The notes: generated by a model from the sequence alone, not told the origin. Positions 31,582 to 40,646 are shown, numbered from the stretch's first letter. The stretch is DNA of 64,000 bases from an uncultured Pelagibacteraceae bacterium (GCA_902573425.1 CACGJO010000002.1:1877-65876), one strand, 5' to 3'. Numbers and translations are program-made.

Positions 31582-32369
31582 TCTACCAACTTGATAACTT
31601 CTTCGTCGATCTCTGGTTTGATATTAAACCACAATTCAAATGCCAATTGTGCCTGATATAAAAACATCATTTTTCCATTTTCAACGAGGTTCCCTTTCTT
31701 TTTTGCCTCAATTAAAAAATTTGTTTCTTTTGGGTTGTAAATAATATCGTAAAAAAGTCTACCTGGTTTTGTATTATTAAAATTTATTGGGATTTTATCA
31801 TTTTTATTAAGGCCGATGCTTGTGGCGTTAATAATCATATCAAAATCTTGTAATTGACCCCAATTTACTAAAATTATAAAAGGAAATTTTTTTTTTAAAT
31901 ATGTTGCTTTATCATTTGATCTGTTACTTAGAATAATTTTAGATACCCTCAGATGTTTAAGGGCTACAATAAGTGATGGCACAACACCGCCTGCCCCCAA
32001 AATAAAAACTGTTTTTCCTTTCAAATTGTAATTAATATAGTTTAATGAAGCACCAAAACCACCTATGTCAGTATTTCCACCTACTATTTTATTTTCTTCT
32101 TTATAAATGGTGTTTACAGACTGTGTTTCGCTTGCATGAGGACTTAGTTCGTCCAAAAACTTTATAACTGATTTTTTAAATGGAACCGTAACATTCATAC
32201 CTTCCAAAATTCCATTTCTAATTTCTGAAACTATATGCTTTATATCTTCTTCCTCAATTTGTCTTTTTTCATAAACAGCATCAATGTTATTTTTCTTAAA
32301 CCAATAATTATGTAATTTTGGCGACAAAGAATGCTTTATTGGATTACCAATCACTAAAAATTTTTTCAT
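31578..32369 (-). CDS. aroE: Shikimate dehydrogenase
   Basis: GNPIKHSLSP, NVTVPFK and LGAGG motifs. Confidence 0.9.
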   Translation of the reverse strand: MKKFLVIGNPIKHSLSPKLHNYWFKKNNIDAVYEKRQIEEEDIKHIVSEIRNGILEGMNVTVPFKKSVIKFLDELSPHASETQSVNTIYKEENKIVGGNTDIGGFGASLNYINYNLKGKTVFILGAGGVVPSLIVALKHLRVSKIILSNRSNDKATYLKKKFPFIILVNWGQLQDFDMIINATSIGLNKNDKIPINFNNTKPGRLFYDIIYNPKETNFLIEAKKKGNLVENGKMMFLYQAQLAFELWFNIKPEIDEEVIKLVE

Positions 32370-32518
32370 TTTTTTGTTTTTCTGCTTAATCTATCAATAA
32401 AAAATAATGCTAATGCTGTGAATAAAGCGAATAATTCTAATGCATGTCCAGAATTACCAAGAACTTTTTGGACTAAATAAAAAATAATACAAACTACAAC
32501 CCAAATTAAAATTAGCAT
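32366..32518 (-). CDS. Small hydrophobic ORF (50 aa, two predicted TM helices), hypothetical
   Basis: Hand translation gives MLILIWVVVCIIFYLVQKVLGNSGHALELFALFTALALFFIDRLSRKTKK. The ATG overlaps the maf 3' end by 7 nt, and the TGA overlaps the aroE ATG (ATGA). It fills an otherwise unexplained 142-bp gap. Confidence 0.55.
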   Translation of the reverse strand: MLILIWVVVCIIFYLVQKVLGNSGHALELFALFTALALFFIDRLSRKTKK

Positions 32519-33096
32519 TTCAAATTACTTAAATACTCCTTTATTTTTTTCACAGGAAGTCCCATGATTGAATCTTCGTCTCCTTCAATTTTTGAGAACA
32601 AATCCTTTCCACCAGCTTCGATCTGATAAACTCCGTAGGCATATAAATTTTTGTCATTTACTTTTTTTAAATAAACTTTGATTTCGTCTAAATTAAGTTT
32701 TTTCATTGTTAAAGTGGAGGCATCTGTATAGTTCCAAATCATTGATCCATTTTTAGATATACATACCGAACTTATCAATTGGTGTTTTTTTCCATTTAAT
32801 TTTTGTAGAATTTCAAATGCTTCGTCTCTTGATTTTGGTTTTGATATTAGCTCTCCACCTATATCAATAACACTGTCTGCTCCAAGAACAATTTGGTCGG
32901 GTGTTTTAGAGCTTACTTTATTTGCTTTAAGTTCTGCTAGATTTTTAGATATCAACATTGGGCTGGCGCCCTCTGCTAACAAAGAAACCTTTACTTCGTC
33001 TTCGTTTACATTTGATCCAACGACCTGGCTTTCAATATTATTTTGATCTAAAATTTTTTTTCTTACACCGCTTTTAGAAGCTAAAATTATTTTCAT
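32512..33096 (-). CDS. maf: Maf-like nucleoside triphosphate pyrophosphatase
   Basis: IILASKSGVRKKIL N-terminus, GADSV and YGVYQIE...GDEDSIMGLP motifs. Confidence 0.88.
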   Translation of the reverse strand: MKIILASKSGVRKKILDQNNIESQVVGSNVNEDEVKVSLLAEGASPMLISKNLAELKANKVSSKTPDQIVLGADSVIDIGGELISKPKSRDEAFEILQKLNGKKHQLISSVCISKNGSMIWNYTDASTLTMKKLNLDEIKVYLKKVNDKNLYAYGVYQIEAGGKDLFSKIEGDEDSIMGLPVKKIKEYLSNLKC

Positions 33097-33914
33097 TTAT
33101 TTTTCTTAATTTCAAATATTTTAATTATCGAAGCTGCAGTTTCTTCCACTGACCTTCGTGTTACATCAATTGTTGGCCAACTATACTGTTTCATCATTTT
33201 CTTTGAATTTTCTACCTCAACCTTTATAGCCTCTGCATCGGTGTAAGTTTTTAAATCTATTGCCTGGTTTACACTTGCGCGTGTTTTTCTAATTTCGGAT
33301 AATCTTTCAGGATCTGCTATTAAACCAATAACACAAAACTTAGAAAAATTTTCTCTAAGTGTTTCTGGAATTGCTTGATCAAGAACTAGTGGTATATTTA
33401 GGGTTTTGTAGCCTCGATTTGCTAAATAAATTGAAGTAGGTGTTTTGCTAGTTCTACTTACGCCAAGCAAAATTATATCTGCTTGGTTTAGATCCTCTGT
33501 TTTCTTTCCATCGTCATGTGACATTGTAAATTGTATTGCCTCTATCCTTTTATAATAATCTTCGTCTAAGACATGTTGAGCGCTTGGTTTATGTATGGCT
33601 TTTTGATTTAGTAATTTGGAAAAACTAAGTATTAAGTTTCCAAGGACTCCAAAGCAGGGAATAATTTTTTTAATGCTTTGACTAGCAAGGTATTTGGCTA
33701 ATTTTGTATCTACTATTGTGTATAAAATAATTGTATTTTTCTTTTCTTTGTGCTCATTTATTATTTTATCTATTTGCTGTTCTGTTCTAATAAAAACATA
33801 TTCTTTTTTATCATATTCAAAGCTTGCAAACTGAGATTGTATAGCAAGAAAGATTCTTCCAAGGGTTTCACCGGTTGAATCCGAAATTAGAACTATTTGG
33901 TATTTTCCTGTCAT
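33093..33914 (-). CDS. Pyruvate,phosphate dikinase / PEP synthase regulatory protein (DUF299 kinase/pyrophosphorylase)
   Basis: P-loop LGVSRTSKTPTSIYLA, about 273 aa. Confidence 0.88.
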   Translation of the reverse strand: MTGKYQIVLISDSTGETLGRIFLAIQSQFASFEYDKKEYVFIRTEQQIDKIINEHKEKKNTIILYTIVDTKLAKYLASQSIKKIIPCFGVLGNLILSFSKLLNQKAIHKPSAQHVLDEDYYKRIEAIQFTMSHDDGKKTEDLNQADIILLGVSRTSKTPTSIYLANRGYKTLNIPLVLDQAIPETLRENFSKFCVIGLIADPERLSEIRKTRASVNQAIDLKTYTDAEAIKVEVENSKKMMKQYSWPTIDVTRRSVEETAASIIKIFEIKKNK

Positions 33915-34187
33915 TAATTTTGTTAATTAAATTATAACAATTAATAGTTATACATATAGATTAATAGAAATATTTTTTTTATTCATACGAGATTAACAAA
34001 TTACAAACAGTTTATCCTATGTTTATAATTTTATAACTTATATTAGACTTTGTGCATAAATACTTAATTCTCAGTAAATAATGTCATTTAAAATGTATAA
34101 AAATGTAGATAAATGAATAATTATTCAAATTATACCAACCAACATACCCTATTACATCAATTATAATTTAAAACTATAATATATAAT
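33915..34187. other. oriC: Candidate chromosomal replication origin (oriC)
   Basis: Longest non-coding spacer in the window, with 45 G+C of 273 nt by hand count. It lies between the divergent DUF299 gene and hemE, which is the conserved alphaproteobacterial origin position. It contains DnaA-box-like 9-mers TGTGCATAA (34051-34059) and TGTAGATAA (34104-34112). Confidence 0.55.
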
Positions 34188-35198
34188 ATGAATAAAATAA
34201 CAGACTGTATAATTAATAAAAATGTTTCTATTAAACCTATTTGGTTTATGAGACAAGCTGGTAGATACCTTCCTGAATTTAGAAAAATTAGAAGTGAAAA
34301 TAAAGATTTCATAAGACTATGCTTAAATCCTGATTTGGTAAGAGAAATCACATTACAACCCATAAATAGGTTTAAATTAGATGCAGCTATAATCTTTTCT
34401 GATATTTTAATAATACCCTATGGTTTAAACCAAAAAGTAGAATTTAAAAAAGGATACGGGCCTATTCTAGGGGAAATAGATTTTGATAAAATAATAAATT
34501 TTAAAGAAGATGATTTTATTGATCGGGTATCTCCAGTTTATGAAGGAATAAAAAAAACAAAAGAAAAACTAAAAAATACAAATCTGATTGGTTTTGCCGG
34601 GGCACCATGGACTCTTTTAGTCTATATGATTAACAAAGAGTCACCAAAGAAAAATTTTAATATTAAAAGCTTTTTTAAAGAAGAAGAAAAAATAGAAAAA
34701 CTAATGTATAAAATTGAAGATTTAATATACCTGCACCTTAAAAAACAAATAGAATCAGGAGCAGATATAGTTCAAATATTCGATTCATGGGCAGGATTAC
34801 TTCCAGAAAATAAAATAAAAAACTTTTGTTTTGATCCAACCAAAAGAATTGTCGAAAGATTAAAGAAACTAGGCAAGCCAATTATTTGTTTCCCAAGAGG
34901 CATAAGTAAAAAATATGAAGAGTTTTGCAAAACAGTTAAACCAGATTGCATAAGCATAGATTACGATATTGAACCATCATGGATATTGAAAAAGGCTGGT
35001 GGAATACCAATACAGGGCGGTTTAGATCCTAAAATTCTACTTGGGTCTTTAGAAGATTTACAAAAAAATATTATTAAATACATCTCAACTTTTTCAAATT
35101 ATCCGTATATTTTCAACTTAGGGCATGGGGTCCTTCCAGAGACAAAACCAGAGACAATAGATTTTATTGTTAAGTTCATAAGAAAAAAAAATGATTAA
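34188..35198 (+). CDS. hemE: Uroporphyrinogen decarboxylase
   Basis: PIWFMRQAGRYLPEF signature, 336 aa. Confidence 0.95.
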   Translation: MNKITDCIINKNVSIKPIWFMRQAGRYLPEFRKIRSENKDFIRLCLNPDLVREITLQPINRFKLDAAIIFSDILIIPYGLNQKVEFKKGYGPILGEIDFDKIINFKEDDFIDRVSPVYEGIKKTKEKLKNTNLIGFAGAPWTLLVYMINKESPKKNFNIKSFFKEEEKIEKLMYKIEDLIYLHLKKQIESGADIVQIFDSWAGLLPENKIKNFCFDPTKRIVERLKKLGKPIICFPRGISKKYEEFCKTVKPDCISIDYDIEPSWILKKAGGIPIQGGLDPKILLGSLEDLQKNIIKYISTFSNYPYIFNLGHGVLPETKPETIDFIVKFIRKKND

Positions 35199-36321
35199 AC
35201 AAAAAATTTGTATAATTGGAAATGGATTGACAGGTCTTACAGCCGCATTAATTCTGGGTAGGCTTAATTTAGAAGTTCACTTAATCGCGACGCCCGAAGG
35301 AGAAAAAAGAAAAGATGTAAGAACTACAGCTATTTCTGATAGTAACTATAAAAGTCTGATTGGTTTAATTGGTAAAAAATATTCGAAAATTTTTTTTCAA
35401 TCCAAAGAAATAGATCTTTACAAAGAGTATTCTGGAGAAATCAAGCATTTTATGAATCTTTCAAAAAAAGATGAAAATTTAATGTTTTTATTCCAAAACG
35501 AAATTTTAAAAAAAATAATTCAAAAGAAAATAAATACATATAAAAATTTAAAAACATACTACAAAAAAGTAAGTAAAATAGATGTTGAAAAGAACAAGGT
35601 TTTTTTCGCAAATAAGAAAATCGATTATGATGCCATATTTGTTTGTACAGGTAGCAAATCAGAAATTGTTAAAAATATATTTGGTGATAGATTTATTGAG
35701 AGCAAAACAAATGATATTGCATTCACGTCCATTGTAAATCACAATTTAAATATAGATAATGCCAAGCAGTTTTTCTTAAAAGAGGGACCAATGGCCATTC
35801 TACCTTTAAACAAAAACAAATTCTCTTTCGTCTGGAGCGTAAGTGATAAATTTAAAAACCAAAACCCAACCCCTCTTGTGACAAAAAAACTAAAAGAAAT
35901 TCTTAAATTAAAAAGTAATTTCGCAATCTCTAAAATAGACTGTTTCCCAATATCATTTAAGTTTAGATCAAATTTTAACAAGAAAAATACTTTAGTACTC
36001 GGAGAAGGATCGTACAATGTTCATCCAGTCGCTGGACAGGGATTTAACTTAATTATTAGAGATGTTTTGTATTTAAATAGTAAAATTAAAGAATACGTAA
36101 AAAATGGCATTCAAATCAAAGATTCATTATTTATAGACGAATATTTAAGACAAAGGAAACCAGAAAACCTTCTCTTCGGTTTAGGAATAAATTTTTTAAA
36201 TAACTTTTTTAAATTTAATAAAATTACAGAGCCTATAAAAAAAGTTATATTAAAAGATATTAATAAACTTAATATTTTAAAAGATGTTAGTTTGAGGGTT
36301 TCTAACAAAGGAATATTTTAA
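35191..36321 (+). CDS. UbiH/UbiF/Coq6-family FAD-dependent ubiquinone biosynthesis hydroxylase
   Basis: ICIIGNGLTGLTAAL (GxGxxG) and GEGSYNVHPVAGQGFNLIIRD motifs. 8-nt overlap with hemE. Confidence 0.75.
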   Translation: MIKQKICIIGNGLTGLTAALILGRLNLEVHLIATPEGEKRKDVRTTAISDSNYKSLIGLIGKKYSKIFFQSKEIDLYKEYSGEIKHFMNLSKKDENLMFLFQNEILKKIIQKKINTYKNLKTYYKKVSKIDVEKNKVFFANKKIDYDAIFVCTGSKSEIVKNIFGDRFIESKTNDIAFTSIVNHNLNIDNAKQFFLKEGPMAILPLNKNKFSFVWSVSDKFKNQNPTPLVTKKLKEILKLKSNFAISKIDCFPISFKFRSNFNKKNTLVLGEGSYNVHPVAGQGFNLIIRDVLYLNSKIKEYVKNGIQIKDSLFIDEYLRQRKPENLLFGLGINFLNNFFKFNKITEPIKKVILKDINKLNILKDVSLRVSNKGIF

Positions 36322-36322
36322 A

Positions 36323-37102
36323 TTGGATTATTCTAAACCAATACATTTACCTAACCTAATGGTAGCTCCGAACGGAGCAAGGCCAATGAAAAAAGATCAC
36401 CCTGAAGTTCCAATGACAATTCCAGAAATTGTAAAAACAGGTCAAGCTTGCTATCATTCTGGTGCAGACGCTATTCACTTTCACATTAGAAATGAAAACG
36501 GCCAACATATTTTAGACTCTGGCTTATGCAAAGAAGCATTAAGCGAACTTCATCAAAAAGTTCCAAAAATGCATTTGCAAATAACAACAGAGGCTGTTGG
36601 AAAATATTCCCCACCCGAAATGCGAAAATTAGCTTATGAGGTATTGCCACCAGGTATTTCAATTGCCGTAAGGGAAATGATACCATCAAGAAAACCTGAA
36701 TTAGAAGATATCAAAGTTTATAAAAAACTATATGAAGAAGGTACAAAAGTTCAACATATATGTTATGAACCAGACGATTTAGATCTGCTCTCAGACGTTT
36801 TAAAAAAAGCAAAACTTTTAGAAACAAGAGTTTGGTGTATGTTCACTATAGGACATTATTCAGGCAAAGTTAGTAACCCTGAAAAAATTCCATTATTTAT
36901 ACAAAAACTTAAAGACCACAATTTAATTGCAGATTGGGCTGTATGCGCTTTTTCAAAAGAAGAAATGTCTTGTCTCAAAACTGCAATTAAACTTGGTGGT
37001 AAAATCAGAGTTGGTTTTGAAAATTCTCTTTTAATGCCAGATGGAAGTATAGCTCCAAATAACGAAACTAAAGTTAAAGCGGTAAAGTTTCTATTTGGTT
37101 AA
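36323..37102 (+). CDS. BKACE-family (DUF849, 3-keto-5-aminohexanoate cleavage-like) beta-keto acid cleavage enzyme
   Basis: MVAPNGARPMKKDHPEVPMTIPEI...GADAIHFHIRNENGQH matches the BKACE N-terminal metal/substrate motifs. TTG start. Confidence 0.7.
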   Translation: MDYSKPIHLPNLMVAPNGARPMKKDHPEVPMTIPEIVKTGQACYHSGADAIHFHIRNENGQHILDSGLCKEALSELHQKVPKMHLQITTEAVGKYSPPEMRKLAYEVLPPGISIAVREMIPSRKPELEDIKVYKKLYEEGTKVQHICYEPDDLDLLSDVLKKAKLLETRVWCMFTIGHYSGKVSNPEKIPLFIQKLKDHNLIADWAVCAFSKEEMSCLKTAIKLGGKIRVGFENSLLMPDGSIAPNNETKVKAVKFLFG

Positions 37103-38519
37103 AATCTTTAACTTTCTTAAATGTTTTTAGAATATATCTGTCTGGTCGAACAATAATTGCTTTTGCATTATAAGATTTTAATATGTTGCTTAGACCTCTA
37201 ATGTCTTTGTCTGTAATAGACTGAATTTTATTTAAAGATAACTTTTTACTCAATTTAGATGAAGTAAGCAATAAGGGTGACCTTGAAAACTTCTCATCTA
37301 AAGTTTTGCCATCTTTCATTTTAAGTTGCGGGAAAATTTTACCCCTATTTTTATCTTTATTACTACCAAGCCCAACTCCTAGCTTTGGCTTAATAGATTG
37401 CATACTCTTTGTACCGTCCGGACCAGACGAAATATTATCAGTAATATTCTCTGATCCCACGGCATTAACAAATTCTCCCATTCGCATTGTTGTCTCGATA
37501 TACTCTTTTGCATTTGAGAATCTTTCGGTTTGATAAGTATCTAAAAATTTTTCATTATGATTTTTTTTAATACACCAACTAATTTTCCAAGCCAGGTTAG
37601 ACGCATCTCTTATACCAGCACACATTCCTTGACCCATAAATGGTGGCATGAGATGAGCAGCATCCCCAGCAATAAAAATCCTACCCTTTCTCCACTTTCT
37701 TGCAATAGCTGATTGAAAAATATAAATTGCTTTTCTCTCTAAATATGCATCTTTTGGTTTAAGCCAAGGCTTGAGAAAATTCCAAATGTATTCATCCGAT
37801 AATATCTCTTTTTCATCTTCATTATCTTGAATAGCAAATTCCCATCGTCTCCTTTTACCAACATTTCTACAATAAGTAGCCGGTCTTTCTGAGTTTGAGT
37901 ATTGAATTGTTCTATCTGGCAATTTATTTTTATTTTTTCTTAATATTAAGTCAACCACAGCCCACTTTTGAGTAAAGCCCAAGTTATCCAAAACTGAACC
38001 CATCTGCTCTCTAGTTGTAGATCGTGCACCATCACAGCCAACTACGTACTTTGAGTGAACTTTTTGCAGTTTATTTTTACTCTTAAATAATAAATTAACC
38101 GAATCTCTATTGTTTTTAATTTCTATTACTTCTGTGTTTTGCATCAATTTTACTTTTTTAAATTTTTTAAGTCGATTTCGAAGATTCCTCTCTAAATCTG
38201 GCTGGTGAAACCTGTAACTTGGATACCATCCATTTTTAGTAATTGACTTAGGACGCGGCCAATCAAGTAAAACTTTACCATCAGAATTTACAAACTTTGT
38301 ACCTTTGTTGATTATAGTGTTTTTTAGAAACTTTTTTGTAATTCCTATTGTTTGAAAAACCCTCATGATTTCATCATCAAAATGAACTGCTCTAGGCAAA
38401 GCGTATAAGTTTTTCTCTCTTTCCAAAATTAGTATTGAAAATCCATTAAGAGCTAATAAATTTGCGAGGGTGCCTCCAGTTGGACCCAAACCCACAATTA
38501 TAACATCGTATTGTTTCAT
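37074..38519 (-). CDS. FAD-dependent aromatic-ring hydroxylase (MhpA/PheA-TfdB-like flavoprotein monooxygenase)
   Basis: YDVIIVGLGPTGGTLANLL (GxGxxG), DGARS, and IAGDAAHLMPPFMGQGMCAGIRDASNLAWK. Confidence 0.75.
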   Translation of the reverse strand: MKQYDVIIVGLGPTGGTLANLLALNGFSILILEREKNLYALPRAVHFDDEIMRVFQTIGITKKFLKNTIINKGTKFVNSDGKVLLDWPRPKSITKNGWYPSYRFHQPDLERNLRNRLKKFKKVKLMQNTEVIEIKNNRDSVNLLFKSKNKLQKVHSKYVVGCDGARSTTREQMGSVLDNLGFTQKWAVVDLILRKNKNKLPDRTIQYSNSERPATYCRNVGKRRRWEFAIQDNEDEKEILSDEYIWNFLKPWLKPKDAYLERKAIYIFQSAIARKWRKGRIFIAGDAAHLMPPFMGQGMCAGIRDASNLAWKISWCIKKNHNEKFLDTYQTERFSNAKEYIETTMRMGEFVNAVGSENITDNISSGPDGTKSMQSIKPKLGVGLGSNKDKNRGKIFPQLKMKDGKTLDEKFSRSPLLLTSSKLSKKLSLNKIQSITDKDIRGLSNILKSYNAKAIIVRPDRYILKTFKKVKDFNQIETLPL

Positions 38520-38539
38520 TAATTTAAATTAAACTGATT

Positions 38540-39514
38540 TTATTTTTTACTATTAATTTTTGAATATAGCCAAGGGCAATCAACTAATAATGGAGCTTGT
38601 TTCCCTTTCGAAGCTGTATCTAATCTTTTGTTTCTAAACTTCATCCTCTCATTCTCTGGGAGATAAAGTCTCTCATGGCCCCAAAAACTTGGTCCCTCAA
38701 AAGTTTCATGAGATTTCCAAGTACTTGGATCAATTATTCTTCCCCCCCAACCGTTCTCTACAAAAAAACCAGAAGGTGTAATAGAGTAAAAAGACGTCAT
38801 ATAATCATTTGTATGCCGACCCATTGTATATGCAATAGCATTGTCTTTGTATTGTACTAAATCATAACCTTGTCCAACATCATCGAGACTGTTGTACTCA
38901 ACCATGAAATGGTGAAAACCAACTTTTCCTGAACCAAACAAAGCTAAACTGTGGTGACGTCCATTAATATGAAAAAAACATAATGAGATTGGTGTATTAC
39001 TATAATCACTTATTTTAAAACCTAATATATCTTTATAAAAAGGAACTACCTTATTAAAATCTTTAACATGTAAAACTACGTGGCCCATACCCAAAGCTCC
39101 AGTTTTAAATCCAGAAATAGGCCGAGAAGGTTTGAAAGGCTCTGTATCTTTCATTGGATTATAAACCATTTCAACCCTGTTACCCTGAGGATCATTAAAA
39201 TGAATTAATTCTTCGACAAATCGTTTATCAGAATAAGATGAGTTGCCAATATTTACTTTTATACCATTAGCTTCAAGTTTTGCTGCGTAAGTTTGAAGAT
39301 CATCTTTATTATCTACCTCAAAGCCCACAAATGCCAAGCTGTCCCCAGTATCTCCGGTTATAGCTAACCTTTGTTTGTGATCATCCATTCGAAATGAAAG
39401 AGCACCCTTACCTCTATCAACTCTTTGCATACCTAAACATTTTTCTGAATAGTCAGACCAATCTTCGAGTTTATCAGAGTTTACCCCAATGTAGCTTAGT
39501 GCTTTTACTGCCAT
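38540..39514 (-). CDS. Type I (vicinal oxygen chelate) extradiol ring-cleavage dioxygenase, BphC/HsaC-like
   Basis: Two VOC domains. Motifs GMGHVVLHV, FFHINGRHHSLAL, HHFMVE, GRHTNDYMTSFY and PSFWGH. Confidence 0.8.
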   Translation of the reverse strand: MAVKALSYIGVNSDKLEDWSDYSEKCLGMQRVDRGKGALSFRMDDHKQRLAITGDTGDSLAFVGFEVDNKDDLQTYAAKLEANGIKVNIGNSSYSDKRFVEELIHFNDPQGNRVEMVYNPMKDTEPFKPSRPISGFKTGALGMGHVVLHVKDFNKVVPFYKDILGFKISDYSNTPISLCFFHINGRHHSLALFGSGKVGFHHFMVEYNSLDDVGQGYDLVQYKDNAIAYTMGRHTNDYMTSFYSITPSGFFVENGWGGRIIDPSTWKSHETFEGPSFWGHERLYLPENERMKFRNKRLDTASKGKQAPLLVDCPWLYSKINSKK

Positions 39515-39539
39515 GAATTTAATATACTAGAAAAAGTTT

Positions 39540-39565
39540 GAGCCCGCTATACATAACGCGGGCTC
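39540..39565 (-). terminator. Putative intrinsic terminator/attenuator downstream of dctP
   Basis: 8-bp GC-rich stem GAGCCCGC (39540-39547) / GCGGGCTC (39558-39565) with a 10-nt loop. On the minus strand it is followed by AAACTTTTT, an interrupted T-run. Confidence 0.5.
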
Positions 39566-39582
39566 AAAATATTTAATTATTA

Positions 39583-40599
39583 TTAACCGTCAATTTTCTT
39601 AATGATTTGTCTGGCTCTTTTTAACACACCATCACCATCAAGACCTTTGCCCTTCATTTCCGCTAACCAATCTTTCTCAATAGGTTTTAGTATTTTTTTA
39701 TACTTAGCAAGGACAGCCGGAGAAGCAACCGCAATCTCATGACCTGGAGTGTTTGCAACAACTTCTTTCATTTTAGCATTTTGTCTATCAATTAAATTCG
39801 AAGCCCAACCACTAAAAGCATGACCACTGAACTTATCAATACATTTTTTTTGCACTGAGTCTAAACTTTTGTATTTGTCTTTATTCATAATCAAACCAAA
39901 AGTAGCATTCGTGATATTAACTTCTGTGTGATATTTTGTTACTTCAAATAATTTAAATGAACCTACAGCTGTGTAAGGAAAAGGCGTTCCGTCTAACACA
40001 CCTTTGTTAAGAGCTTCGTAAGTACCAGGAGCTGGAACCTTTACTCCAGTAGCTCCTAAGGTCTTAAGAATTGTTCCTGCTATTTTGCTAGGAACTCTCA
40101 TTTTTTTTCCTTTAAAATCAGCTGGATCCATAACCTTAGTATCTTTCATATGAATTTGGTAACCAGGATTTGAGTGTAATCCGATTAAATGAATTCCCGA
40201 CATTTCTTTATCAAGATATCCTTCATCATATAAAGTATTTAAAGCAGTTGAACCTGCAGCAGATGTTCTTGTTAAAAATGGTAACTCAATTACTGAACTT
40301 AAAGGAAACTGACCCCCAATGTAACCTAAAACAGTCCACGAGATATCAGCAACGCCTTTTGTAACTATGTCATATTGCTTAGGCGGACTACCCAGAACTC
40401 CACCGGCATACATCTTTACATTCAATTTACCATTTGCACATTTATTTACTTTTTCAGCCCACGCTCCTAGAATTTTACTAGCGATGAAAGCTTTTGGTGG
40501 TTCGAAAGTTGCCAATTTAAGCTCAGTAGCAGATGCTGTACTGATTAAACTTAAAGAGAAAACTCCAAACAAAAAACCAATCAGTTTTTTCTTAATCAT
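39583..40599 (-). CDS. TRAP transporter substrate-binding protein (DctP family)
   Basis: Signal peptide LIGFLFGVFSLSLISTASA and DctP-family sequence throughout. The start is set at the ATG at 40599, which is preceded by GGGGGA. The tracked 40611 start is a TTG within that Shine-Dalgarno sequence. Confidence 0.85.
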   Translation of the reverse strand: MIKKKLIGFLFGVFSLSLISTASATELKLATFEPPKAFIASKILGAWAEKVNKCANGKLNVKMYAGGVLGSPPKQYDIVTKGVADISWTVLGYIGGQFPLSSVIELPFLTRTSAAGSTALNTLYDEGYLDKEMSGIHLIGLHSNPGYQIHMKDTKVMDPADFKGKKMRVPSKIAGTILKTLGATGVKVPAPGTYEALNKGVLDGTPFPYTAVGSFKLFEVTKYHTEVNITNATFGLIMNKDKYKSLDSVQKKCIDKFSGHAFSGWASNLIDRQNAKMKEVVANTPGHEIAVASPAVLAKYKKILKPIEKDWLAEMKGKGLDGDGVLKRARQIIKKIDG

Positions 40600-40646
40600 T
40601 TTTTCCCCCAAATAAATTAATTTATTATTTAAGCTTAGCTTTAATT

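Noticed and set aside
33914-34078. CtrA-type TTAA-N7-TTAA sites in the candidate origin
   Set aside because: Several TTAA tetramers occur (for example at 33914, 33923, 33927, 33941, 33961, 33993 and 34064), but none has a partner TTAA at the required 11-bp offset. The closest is TTAA-N7-TAAA at 34064-34078.
20975-34187. Idea that the ftsK...DUF299 segment is inverted relative to the Caulobacter-type origin-region gene order
   Set aside because: It rests only on my recollection of gene order in another genus. It cannot be established from this sequence without whole-genome alignments.
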